Below the pieces are notes generated by a model. The model had not been told where the DNA came from. It did no database searches and was given only the letters and a program-made list of their open reading frames with translations. 64,000 nt of DNA from assembly GCA_044344255.1 (NCBI GenBank), contig JBIJDH010000011.1, forward strand, positions 1 through 64,000, given 5' to 3'. Source of the DNA: Myxococcota bacterium. GTDB taxonomy: Bacteria > Myxococcota_A > UBA796 > UBA2385. Each line of letters begins with the position of its first letter. Positions within the stretch are counted from its first letter, which is position 1. This document shows positions 17,905 through 27,080 of the stretch, piece by piece. The position numbers and the translations under genes were made by a program.

Positions 17905-18894
17905 TCAGGCGAGGTTCTGCTCCACCACCACCTTTCCGGCGACGCCGCGCCCCTCGAGCCAGCCGTGGGCCTCGCCGAGGCGGGACATCGCGCCCACGGC
18001 GTGCACCACGGGCCGGATGGCGCCGGAGAGGAGGTGCCGCCAGGCCTCCGTCATCTCGCCCATCGAGCCCATCGTGCTCCCGAGCAGCGTGAGCTGCTTG
18101 AAGAAGAGCAGGCGCAGGTTCAGGGTGGGCAGGTGGCCGCTCGTCGCCCCGCAGGTGGCGTAGCTGCCCCCCCAGCGGAGCATCTGGATCGAGGCCTCGA
18201 AGGTGTCCTGCCCGACGTGATCGACGACGAGGTCGAAGCCCTCCTTGCGGGTCCAGCTCCGGCTCTCGGGGACGGCCTCGGGGTAGTCCCAGGCCACCTC
18301 GGCGCCGAGCTCCCGGCAGAGGGCCCGCTTCTCGGGGGTAGAGGCCGTCGCGGCCACCCGCGCCCCGAAGAGGCGCGCCACCTGGATGGCGTAGATGCCC
18401 ACCCCGCTGGCGCCGGCCTGCACGAGCACGCGGTCGCCCGGGGAGACGCGGGCGCGGCTCACCAGCATGTGCCAGGCGGTGAGCAGGCTGAGGGGGGCCG
18501 CGGCGGCCAGGGAGGGCTCCATCGGGCAGGGCAGGAGCTCGGCCTCGGAGACGCCGACGAGCTCGCACATCCCGCCGTCCATCGTCTCGCCGCGGATGCG
18601 GTAGGCGCGGCAGAGGTCGTGGCGGCCCGACAGGCAGCGCCCGCAGCGGCCACAGCCGAGGCCGGGCTGCAGCGCCACCCGCTCGCCGGTGTCGACGCGG
18701 ATGCCCACCACGTCGCTGCCGGGCACGATGGGCAGCGGGAAGCGGTGCCCCGGCACGCCGCGGCGCACCCAGAGGTCCAGATGATTGAGCCCGACGTGGG
18801 TGACGAGGACCCGCACCGGGCCGCTGGGCTCGGGCCGCTCCTCGACCGCGAGCACCTCGGGGCCGCCGTGCGACCGCAGACAGATGGCCTTCAT
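17905..18894 (-). CDS. Zinc-binding medium-chain dehydrogenase/reductase
   Basis: GLNHLD, PGSD, structural Zn motif CGRCGRC...C, NAD(P)-binding AGASGVG, final GKVV. Confidence 0.92.
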   Translation of the reverse strand: MKAICLRSHGGPEVLAVEERPEPSGPVRVLVTHVGLNHLDLWVRRGVPGHRFPLPIVPGSDVVGIRVDTGERVALQPGLGCGRCGRCLSGRHDLCRAYRIRGETMDGGMCELVGVSEAELLPCPMEPSLAAAAPLSLLTAWHMLVSRARVSPGDRVLVQAGASGVGIYAIQVARLFGARVAATASTPEKRALCRELGAEVAWDYPEAVPESRSWTRKEGFDLVVDHVGQDTFEASIQMLRWGGSYATCGATSGHLPTLNLRLLFFKQLTLLGSTMGSMGEMTEAWRHLLSGAIRPVVHAVGAMSRLGEAHGWLEGRGVAGKVVVEQNLA

Positions 18895-18940
18895 CGGCGC
18901 CCCCTCCTGTGTGTTCCCCTCGGTGTCCGGCGCGGCCCTG

Positions 18941-19741
18941 CTACAGGGGCTCTTCCCGCACGACCGTGTTCTCCCCGCCGAAGGGCACCATCTGGACGTC
19001 GCCGTAGTCGCGGGGCGGGGGGAGGCTCTTCACCACCGCGGTGACGGTCTTGCCGAGCGCGGCGAGCTCGTAAGCGAGCAGCAGGCCCTCGCTCGAGTAG
19101 GAGAAGCTCATCTTGCCGGTGCTCGGCGTCCAGCTGTAACGGTGGACGGTGACCGACTGCCCGCCGACCTTGAGCTCGGCCTCGCCGCCGTCCTGCACCG
19201 CGCCCGGCACCGCCACCCCCGCCTCGGTGACGAGGAGGCCGGCGCTCGGCCCATCGTAGAGCTGGGCGTGGAGGACAGGGTCAGCGAGGTCCATCGAGGA
19301 GAGGGTGACCTCGCTCCGCCGCCAGGTGTAGCTGGCCTTCTGCTTGTCGTCGGTGATGGTGCCGGCCCAGCTCCCGTCGGGCTGCCGGCGGGCGGAGACC
19401 TCGCGCAGCGCCCCGTTCTCGCGCACCGCGCAGGTGAAGCTGCTCGTGCGGTCCGAGGCCACGGCGCTGCAGCGGCTCTGCAAGGTCCACCGCTGGGCGC
19501 CGACGACGGCGTCGAGCGCGAGCGTGCTCGTGAGGATGCGCGTCTCGCCGCCGCCGGCCTCGACGTCAGCCGGCAGGTAGCGGATGAGGAGCGTGCGGCT
19601 CCCGATCTTCTGCCCGTCGATGCGGAGGTCATACTCGAGGGACTGCTCCGCATCGGCGCGCGCATCGGCGGGGACGAGGCCGAAGAAGAGGCAGCCGGCG
19701 AGGGGGAGCAGCGTCAAGGGCTGGGCGGCAGATCGGGTCAT
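18941..19741 (-). CDS. Secreted beta-rich hypothetical protein (DUF6134/DUF3108-like)
   Basis: Signal peptide ending ADARA; LEYDLRIDGQKIGSR start; beta-strand pattern. Confidence 0.6.
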   Translation of the reverse strand: MTRSAAQPLTLLPLAGCLFFGLVPADARADAEQSLEYDLRIDGQKIGSRTLLIRYLPADVEAGGGETRILTSTLALDAVVGAQRWTLQSRCSAVASDRTSSFTCAVRENGALREVSARRQPDGSWAGTITDDKQKASYTWRRSEVTLSSMDLADPVLHAQLYDGPSAGLLVTEAGVAVPGAVQDGGEAELKVGGQSVTVHRYSWTPSTGKMSFSYSSEGLLLAYELAALGKTVTAVVKSLPPPRDYGDVQMVPFGGENTVVREEPL

Positions 19742-19799
19742 GGTCGCCGCTTAACCCGCGAGGCCCGGCGCGTGAGCCCACCCTCCGTGCGTGCTCGAC

Positions 19800-21569
19800 T
19801 CAGCGGGCGTAGACCCACCCGAGCAGGCGGTCGACCTCCTCCTCGATCCGAGGGCTGGTGCGCGGCCCGAGGGAATTCGTCTCCTCGTAGTGATCCCCGA
19901 GCTCGGGCTCGTCGAACCAGGGGTTCACGTCGTCGAGCACGAAGTCGTAGGGGGGCAGGATGTAGCCGAGCTCGTCGTTGCCGAGCCCGACGATCCAGGA
20001 CTGCGGGCCCTCGAGCTTGTCATCCAGGTAGGGGCCGGCCGGGGCCTTCGAGATGTCGGGCGGCGCCTGGTTGTCGGCGTCGTTGATCGGCGTGTCGGCC
20101 GAGCCCGTGCAGCAGCCGTCGTAGCCGCCGATGGCCAGCTCGGGGAAGAGCTCACCGGGGATCGTGAGCAGCTCGAGGTCACCCACGCGGAGAAGATCGA
20201 TCTCCGTCTCGATCTCGGGGATGTTGGTCTCGTCGATCGCCTTGGTCTCGTCGTAGTTGTGCGTCTCGCGGGCGATGATCCCGGAGAGGAACATCGCCTG
20301 GAAGCCCCAGTTGTCGACGGGGAGGAAGAAGCGGTGGGCGGTGACGGACAGGGAGGGCGCGCTCACGGGGGCGCCGCCCTCCACGGCGTCGAGCGCCATC
20401 TCCGCCATGATCTTGCCCAGCGCGTCGTTGCGCTCGAAGGTGTAGTCGCTGAAGGCGTTCCCGTCCGGATCGTGCACGGTGATGCCGAGGGGGGTCATCA
20501 TGCCGCCCACGGCGCCATTGACGAAGATCGCGGTGCCGCCGAGGCCGGCACGATTGTACGTCTCCCAGGAGACCCCCTCCTCGACGCCCGTGCGGAGCTG
20601 ATCGGGGAAGTCGGAGGTGAGGAGCGAGTTCTCGTCGGCCATGTTCTCGGGGTGGTTCCCGAAGTGGACGAGGGTGGCGAGGGTCTGGCCGCTGGCGTCG
20701 GCGAACCAGGCGGTGCGCAGCCGGTAGTCGATGATGTTCGGGTCACGGTGGTCGGAGACCACGTTGTAGGCGCCGTGGGGGTAGGTCGAGACGTCGACCT
20801 CCCCCACCTTCATCGTCGCCACCTCGGTGAGCTTGCCGATGGCGGCCTCGATGGCGTCGGCGGACTGCTCGTGGACGAAGCCGAGGTAGTCGGGGTCTAC
20901 CCCGGAGCGGCTCTCGGTCTTGCCCCAGAGGCCCATGGTGTCGGGGCCCTCGTGGACGTGGGTGGAGGCCATGATCACCCAGTCGACGTCGAGGCCGCGG
21001 GCGGCGACGAGCTCGCGGGTGGCCACGACGTCGGGGTTGAACCAACCGACGAGATCGACCATCACCAGCGCGACGCGGGTGTCCCCCTGATCGAAGACGA
21101 TGGCGCGGGTCCAGAGGTCGTCGTGCACGCCGGAGGCCGGCCGGTTGTTCTGGAAGCCGGCCATCCACACGGCCTGAAACTCACCGTCGCCCTCCCCCGC
21201 GTCGGGCGCCTCGTAGCCGGCGTCACCCGGGCAGAGGCGGTCACAGCCGCAGTCGAGGAAGGCCTCGTCCTCGTCGAGCTCGGCGTCGGCGTCGAGGTCT
21301 GTCCAGCCCTCGAAGCAGGTGGGGGTGATGGGGATCGAGGCGGCCCCCACCCGGAGCGCGCCGGTGGCCGTCTCGCAGCCGGGGTCGCCGGGGCAGTGCA
21401 TCTGCGGTCGATACTCCGCAGGGGCCCCGGTGTCGTCGCCCCCCCCGTCACCCTCCCCTCCGTCACCTCCCGAGCCCCCCTTACCCTTGTCACAGCCGAG
21501 GCCGAGGAGCAGCAGAGCGCCGAGCGGCGGGAGAGCGCGGAGAGTGAGGACGGTGAGGAGGGCGCGCAT
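19800..21569 (-). CDS. Neutral/alkaline ceramidase-like lipoprotein
   Basis: Lipobox GLGC; GVHDDLWTRAIV, ASTHVHEGPD, HFGNHPE, SDFP, NGAVGG, IPGELF, GLGNDELGY, YEET. Confidence 0.8.
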   Translation of the reverse strand: MRALLTVLTLRALPPLGALLLLGLGCDKGKGGSGGDGGEGDGGGDDTGAPAEYRPQMHCPGDPGCETATGALRVGAASIPITPTCFEGWTDLDADAELDEDEAFLDCGCDRLCPGDAGYEAPDAGEGDGEFQAVWMAGFQNNRPASGVHDDLWTRAIVFDQGDTRVALVMVDLVGWFNPDVVATRELVAARGLDVDWVIMASTHVHEGPDTMGLWGKTESRSGVDPDYLGFVHEQSADAIEAAIGKLTEVATMKVGEVDVSTYPHGAYNVVSDHRDPNIIDYRLRTAWFADASGQTLATLVHFGNHPENMADENSLLTSDFPDQLRTGVEEGVSWETYNRAGLGGTAIFVNGAVGGMMTPLGITVHDPDGNAFSDYTFERNDALGKIMAEMALDAVEGGAPVSAPSLSVTAHRFFLPVDNWGFQAMFLSGIIARETHNYDETKAIDETNIPEIETEIDLLRVGDLELLTIPGELFPELAIGGYDGCCTGSADTPINDADNQAPPDISKAPAGPYLDDKLEGPQSWIVGLGNDELGYILPPYDFVLDDVNPWFDEPELGDHYEETNSLGPRTSPRIEEEVDRLLGWVYAR

Positions 21570-21633
21570 GGTGGGCTCGTCGGGGAAGAGGGGCGGGGTC
21601 GCGCGGGGATTCTGTCACCCGCGCGCAGAAAAG

Positions 21634-24600
21634 TCACCGGACCCGGCCGGTGCTCGGCGAGAGACCACACCAGCGCACGGCGGGGAGCGACAGGAAGCTG
21701 TCGCGATAGCGGGCCGGGACGTGGGGCAGCACCTCGGCGACCAGCGCCCGGGCCTCCTCCTGGTGGCCGGCGCCCCCGCTCGCGTGCAGCACCTCGAGCA
21801 GGAGGAAGCGGTCGCCGCTGATGCGGGCCTCCTGCTCCGCGCTCTCGAGGATCTCGGCGTCCCCGCCGACGGTGCCGCCGTAGAGCAGCAGGCGGGCTGC
21901 GAGGCGGCGGTCCCCTGCGGTGCCGAGCACGTCCATCGCCTCGGTGATGGCGTCGGTGTCGGCGGTGAGCACGCCGAGCATGCCGAGGAAGTAGGCGGCC
22001 GCGGAGGCGAAGCCGGCCCGCGTCGCCTCGACCTCGGCGGCCTGGTAGACGGCCAGCGCGGCCTGGCGGTCACCGGCGACGAGGCGCAGGTGGGCCTGCA
22101 CCTCGCGGTAGACGATGCGGACGAAGGTGGAGGCCTCGGGATCGAGCGCCACCCGGGCGTCGGTCATCAAGGCGGTGGCGGTGGTGATGTCGCCGAGGGC
22201 GATGAGCACGCCGGCCTTGCCCACCCGCACCAGGGCCCGCTTGTGGGGGAGCTGGGCAAATCGAGCGATGTCCTCGGCCTCGTCGAGGTGCTCGAGGGCG
22301 AGATCGGGCCGGGCTTGCCGCCGCCAGGCGACGCCGAGGCGGTAGAGGGTGGGCACGAGGCGGTGGCTCGGCCCGTGCGCGCGGAGGTAGCCCGCCTCCT
22401 GCTCGAGGTGGTGGATGGCCTCGTCGAGGTGCCCCTCCTCGGCGTACAAGGCGCCGAGCCCCCCGTTGGCCATCGCGACGAACTGCCGCGAGCCCTGGTG
22501 GTTGGCCACCTCGATCGCGCGGTGAAACAGGCGCGAGGCGGCCTCGGGGCGAGCGCCGAGGCGATGGCTGGTCGCGGCGAGCAGGAGCGCGCGGGGGAGG
22601 GAGGGGTCGAGCGGGCGCCCTTCGACCAGCTCCAGCGCCTCTTCGGCGAGCAAGGCGGCGCGCCGCTCATCGCCGATGCCATGGTGCACCTGGGCGAGCC
22701 CGACGAGCGCCCGGCCGACGAGCTCGGGGTCGCGGAGGTCGAGGGCGAGGCGGTGGCCCGCGGTGATGGCGTTCATCGCCTCCTCTCGGCGGCCGACGGC
22801 GTCGAGGGCCTCCCCGCGGACGATCGCGAGCCGGGCCGAGACGCGGGCCTCCGCGCCTGCGATCTTGCTGGCCCGATCGAGCACGTCGAGGGATCGGGCA
22901 TACTGGCCGCGGCGGAGCAGGTCATCGCCGAGGGCGAGGAGGGCGGCCGGGGCGTCGTCGGGCTCGGCGCCGTGGGCGGCGTGCCAGCTCAGACGCTGGT
23001 CGCGCCAGGGATCGGGCGGCAGGGCGGAGAGGGCGCGGGCGAGCTGGCGGTGGATGGCCGTCTGTCGGGCCACCGGCACCTGCCCCATCACGAGGGTGCC
23101 GACCGCGGGGCGGCGGAGCATGATCTGATCGCCGTCCTCGTGGGTCTCGGTGCTGGCGAGGCCCGCGTAGAGGAGCGGCCCCATCGCCATCCCCGAGAGG
23201 TCGGCGCCGCAGAGCTCGAGGGCGAGGTCGACCGGCAGGGCCTCCCCCACTACCGCGAGCACCTCGAGGAGGCTGCGGGAGGCCTCGGGGAGCTGCGTGA
23301 GCACCGTCCCGAAGAGGCGGACGAGGCCGGTGGTGGGCTCGATCGACACCGTGCGATCGAGGCGCCAGGCGACGTGGCCGTCCTCCCCGATGCCCTCGCA
23401 CCACAGCGCCCCGCGGGCGACGAGCTCCTTGACCCCGAGCACGACGAGGGCGGGCAGGCCGCCGGCCATGCGGTGGAGCTGCGTGGCGAGGCCGGCCGGC
23501 GGCGTGGGGGTGCTGAGCATGCCGACGACGATGAGCTGCGCCTCGTCCGGGCTCAGCGCCCGCAAGGGCACGGGGTGGGCCGGGATGCCGGGGGGCGCGC
23601 GGACGCCGGTCATCACGAGCGCGAGCTTGGGGGCGGCGGCCACGACCACCCCGAGGATCTGCGCGGCGTCGGGGGAGAGGTGCTCGGTGTCCTCGATGAC
23701 ATAGAGCAGGGGCCCCTCTTCGGAGAGGGCCTCCGTCGCGCGCGCGAGGCCCTCGACGCTCGGATCGACCCGACCGACGATGCGGGCGAGGTCCCGGGCG
23801 AGCTGCTCGACGGGGTCCAAGGGGGCCGCGCGGGCCCGGCAGCGCAGGGCGATGGTCTCCACCCCGCGGAGGCGGGCCTGATCGAGGGCGTGGGTGGCCA
23901 TCCGGCCGGTGCCGCTCCCAATCTCCCCGCAGAGGAAGAGCGAGCCCCCCGCGTCGAGCACCGCCTCGATGGCGCCGAGGGCCGCGGCCCGGCCAGCGAT
24001 CGGCGCCGGGCTGAGCGAGCGCCGCACCCCGGTGGCGCCGGTCAAGGTGGCGCGGGCGATGGCCGCCGAGGCGGGGCGGGCCAGCGGATCGCGGGCCATG
24101 AGCTGCGTGACGGTGTCGAGGAGCCGGATGGGGGCGTCGGGGCAGAGCTCGATGAGCGAGGTCGGCGCGCCCTCCCGGTGGGCGCGGAGATAGCCCGAGG
24201 CACCCTGGGCGTGGAAGGGGCGGGTGCCGGTCAGGGCCTCGTAGAGCGTGACGCCGAGGCTGTAGAGGTCACAGCGGTGGTCGACCTCGGCGCCGGCGAT
24301 CTGCTCGGGGGCCATGTAGGCGTAGGTGCCCATCACGTCGCCGAGCGTGGTGGTGAGGGGATCCCGCGGGTCGGCGGCGAGCCCGAGGTCGAGCAGGAGC
24401 ACCCGCCGGTCGGCGGCGAGGTAGACGTTGCTCGACTTCACGTCCCGGTGGACGATGCCCTGCTGGTGGATGTGGTCGAGCACCCGCAGCAGGGAGGCGG
24501 CGAGCGAGGCCACCGCATCGTAAGAGAGGGGGCCCTTCAGCCGGATCCGGCCCGAGAGCGTGTCCCCCTCCAAGAGCTCGAGCACGAGGTAGGGCTGCTC

Positions 24601-24828
24601 CCCCTCCCCGACGGCGTAGCAGCGAGGAAGCCCCGGGTGATCGAGGCGGCCGAGCAGCCGACCCTCCCGGAGGAAGCGCGCCCGGTGGGCGTGGCTGCGC
24701 TTCGGGTCGCGCAGGACCTTGAGGGCGACGGGCTTGCCCGAGCCGTCCGCCGCGACCGCCCGCCACACCTCGGCGAGGCCCCCCGAGCCGATCCGCGCCT
24801 CCAGCATCCACTGGTCGATTTGGTCCAC
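21634..24828 (-). CDS. Ser/Thr protein kinase with central AAA/STAND-like region and TPR repeats
   Basis: IGSGGLAEVW, VALKVL, HRDVKSSN, DLGLA, YMAPE, DLYSLG; degenerate P-loop GEIGSGTGR; GGLP motif; helical TPR C-terminus. Confidence 0.9.
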   Translation of the reverse strand: MDQIDQWMLEARIGSGGLAEVWRAVAADGSGKPVALKVLRDPKRSHAHRARFLREGRLLGRLDHPGLPRCYAVGEGEQPYLVLELLEGDTLSGRIRLKGPLSYDAVASLAASLLRVLDHIHQQGIVHRDVKSSNVYLAADRRVLLLDLGLAADPRDPLTTTLGDVMGTYAYMAPEQIAGAEVDHRCDLYSLGVTLYEALTGTRPFHAQGASGYLRAHREGAPTSLIELCPDAPIRLLDTVTQLMARDPLARPASAAIARATLTGATGVRRSLSPAPIAGRAAALGAIEAVLDAGGSLFLCGEIGSGTGRMATHALDQARLRGVETIALRCRARAAPLDPVEQLARDLARIVGRVDPSVEGLARATEALSEEGPLLYVIEDTEHLSPDAAQILGVVVAAAPKLALVMTGVRAPPGIPAHPVPLRALSPDEAQLIVVGMLSTPTPPAGLATQLHRMAGGLPALVVLGVKELVARGALWCEGIGEDGHVAWRLDRTVSIEPTTGLVRLFGTVLTQLPEASRSLLEVLAVVGEALPVDLALELCGADLSGMAMGPLLYAGLASTETHEDGDQIMLRRPAVGTLVMGQVPVARQTAIHRQLARALSALPPDPWRDQRLSWHAAHGAEPDDAPAALLALGDDLLRRGQYARSLDVLDRASKIAGAEARVSARLAIVRGEALDAVGRREEAMNAITAGHRLALDLRDPELVGRALVGLAQVHHGIGDERRAALLAEEALELVEGRPLDPSLPRALLLAATSHRLGARPEAASRLFHRAIEVANHQGSRQFVAMANGGLGALYAEEGHLDEAIHHLEQEAGYLRAHGPSHRLVPTLYRLGVAWRRQARPDLALEHLDEAEDIARFAQLPHKRALVRVGKAGVLIALGDITTATALMTDARVALDPEASTFVRIVYREVQAHLRLVAGDRQAALAVYQAAEVEATRAGFASAAAYFLGMLGVLTADTDAITEAMDVLGTAGDRRLAARLLLYGGTVGGDAEILESAEQEARISGDRFLLLEVLHASGGAGHQEEARALVAEVLPHVPARYRDSFLSLPAVRWCGLSPSTGRVR

Positions 24829-24873
24829 GGGGGCGTCGTCTCCGTCATGCGCGAGGGGCGGGCGGTGGAGGGC

Positions 24874-27024
24874 TCAGGCCCGGAGGTGCTGCTCGAAGAA
24901 GCGCAGGACGCGCCCCTCCATCATCGCGCGATCGGCCTCGCTGCGGGGCATGTGCCGCTCGTCGGGGAAGAGCAGCAGCTCATGGGGGAGCCCCGCCTTG
25001 ACGAGGCGGTCGATGAGCCGGGCCGCGTGTCGGAAGTGGACGTTCTCGTCGATGAGGCCGTGCACGAGCAGGAGCGCGCCAGCGGGGGCACCGGGAGCAC
25101 CGGCGGCCGGCACCTGGCTGAGCACCGAGCCCTCGGCGTAGCCCTCCGGGTTCTGCTCCGGGGTGTCCATGTAGCGCTCGGTGTAGTGGGTGTCGTAGCC
25201 CTCCCACTCGGTGACCGGCGCGCCCGAGACCGCGGCACGAAAGACGCCGGGCTCCTTCAGCAGGCAGAGCAGCGCCATGTAGCCGCCGTAGCTCCAGCCG
25301 ATGACGCCCACCCGGGCCGGATCGACGAGCCCGCGATCGATGAGGTGCCGCACCCCGTCTACCTGATCGCACACCTCGACCGTGCCCATGCGCCGGTAGA
25401 TCGCCCCCTCGAAGGCGAGCCCCCGGCGCGCCGAGCCCCGGTTGTCGACCTTGAGGACCGCGAAGCCGCGCTTGCGCAGGTGCTGGGCGCGGAGATCGAC
25501 CGTCTGTGCGTAGCTGGACTGTACATATTGGACATGGGGCCCCCCGTAGACGGCGACCACGAGCGGGAAGGGCCCCTCCCCCGCCGGCGTGTAGAGCGCG
25601 CCGTACAGGCGCTCGCCGTCGCGGGAGAGGAAGGAGAAGAGCTCGGGCGGCGGGAGCGCGACGGCCGAGGCCGCCGCGTGGACGGCCCGCGGCGTCGGGC
25701 CGCGCAGGGTGAGGGAAGGCGCGCGGTCGAGCCCCTCGAAGATGTGCAGCCAGGCACCGCCGTCGGGGGAGAGCACCGCCTCGTGCATCCCGAGGTCGAG
25801 GGTGAGCCGCTCGATCGGGCCGCCCGCGATCGGGACCCGATAGACGTGGCGCTCGAGCGGGCTGTCCTTCGTGCCCGTGAACCACACGAAGCCCTGCGCG
25901 AGCCCCACCACGCGGTCGACCATCCAGGCCCCCTCGGTGAGGGAGCGGAGCACGCGACCGTCGGCGTCGAGGTGGTAGAGGTGGCGGAAGCCCGTACGCT
26001 CCGAGCTCCAGAGGAGGCTGCCGTCGTCCAAGACGCGCAGGTCATCGTGCAGGTTGACCCAACACTCGCTCGTCTCGGTGAGCAGGACCTCGGTGGTGCC
26101 GCGCCGGGGATCGACCCGCAGCAGGCGGAGGGTGCGCTGGTCCCGCGGCTGGACCTGGACGAGGAGGCGACCGTCGCCGGTCCAATTCACGCGGCAGACG
26201 TACTCGGGATCGCCGAGGTCGAGCAGGGTGACCGGCCCGCCCGCGAGCGCGGTGACGAAGAGCCGCACCCGCGCGTTCTCGGCGCCGGTGAAGGGGTAAC
26301 GGTGGGCCTCGGCCGCACCCGGGGGGCCGGCGAGGCGGGGGATCGAGAGGAGGGGGATGTGGCGCTCATCGACCTGCGCAAAACAGACCTGCTCCCCGCG
26401 CGGACAGATCCAGAAGCCCTCGGCGCGGTGCATCTCCTCCTGGGCGATGTACTCCGCGGCGCCGTTCGTGAGGCCCAGCGCGGCGTCTGCGGTGAGGCGC
26501 CGCTCAGGGCCGCCGCGGCTGCTCACCGTGTACAGATCTCCGGCCCGCGTGAAGACCACCTGCTCCCCGTCGGGGCTGAGGCGGGCCTCGTCTGCGTCGA
26601 CGGCCACGGCGCGGGTCTCGCCCTCCCTCGACACCCACAGGCGGCCTCGCACCGGCACCAGCAGCACCAGGGCGGCCCGGGCCCAGGCGTAGTGGGTGAT
26701 GCCCGTCTCGCGGAGGCGCTCTCGCTCGCGGCGCAGGGCCTCCTCGGGGGAGACGTTGTGGTCGGTGGCGCCGCCGCCGACGTCCTCGAGGCCGAGGAGG
26801 CGCCGCTGCTCACCGGTCGTGACGTCCACCGCGTAGAGCTCCCGGAGGAGGCCCCCCGTCGGGCTGTGCAAGAAGGTGAGGGTGCGGCCGTCCGGGGAGA
26901 AGGCCGGGCGGCCAGGCGTCGCCATCCCCGGGCGCGGGAAACGAGCCACCGCCGCGAGATCGAGGGACTCCAGCCCCCGGGTGGCGGGCGAGGGGCGGGC
27001 GGGGGTCGGGCTCGGCGCGGTCAT
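24874..27024 (-). CDS. S9 family dipeptidyl peptidase IV
   Basis: AQEEM, YGGP, DNRGS, nucleophile GWSYGG, HGLIDENVH, ERH. Confidence 0.95.
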   Translation of the reverse strand: MTAPSPTPARPSPATRGLESLDLAAVARFPRPGMATPGRPAFSPDGRTLTFLHSPTGGLLRELYAVDVTTGEQRRLLGLEDVGGGATDHNVSPEEALRRERERLRETGITHYAWARAALVLLVPVRGRLWVSREGETRAVAVDADEARLSPDGEQVVFTRAGDLYTVSSRGGPERRLTADAALGLTNGAAEYIAQEEMHRAEGFWICPRGEQVCFAQVDERHIPLLSIPRLAGPPGAAEAHRYPFTGAENARVRLFVTALAGGPVTLLDLGDPEYVCRVNWTGDGRLLVQVQPRDQRTLRLLRVDPRRGTTEVLLTETSECWVNLHDDLRVLDDGSLLWSSERTGFRHLYHLDADGRVLRSLTEGAWMVDRVVGLAQGFVWFTGTKDSPLERHVYRVPIAGGPIERLTLDLGMHEAVLSPDGGAWLHIFEGLDRAPSLTLRGPTPRAVHAAASAVALPPPELFSFLSRDGERLYGALYTPAGEGPFPLVVAVYGGPHVQYVQSSYAQTVDLRAQHLRKRGFAVLKVDNRGSARRGLAFEGAIYRRMGTVEVCDQVDGVRHLIDRGLVDPARVGVIGWSYGGYMALLCLLKEPGVFRAAVSGAPVTEWEGYDTHYTERYMDTPEQNPEGYAEGSVLSQVPAAGAPGAPAGALLLVHGLIDENVHFRHAARLIDRLVKAGLPHELLLFPDERHMPRSEADRAMMEGRVLRFFEQHLRA

Positions 27025-27080
27025 GGGGGTCGGACTCCACCTGGGTGGGTTAGCCGGTCTGCGCCCTCCTTGGAACGACC

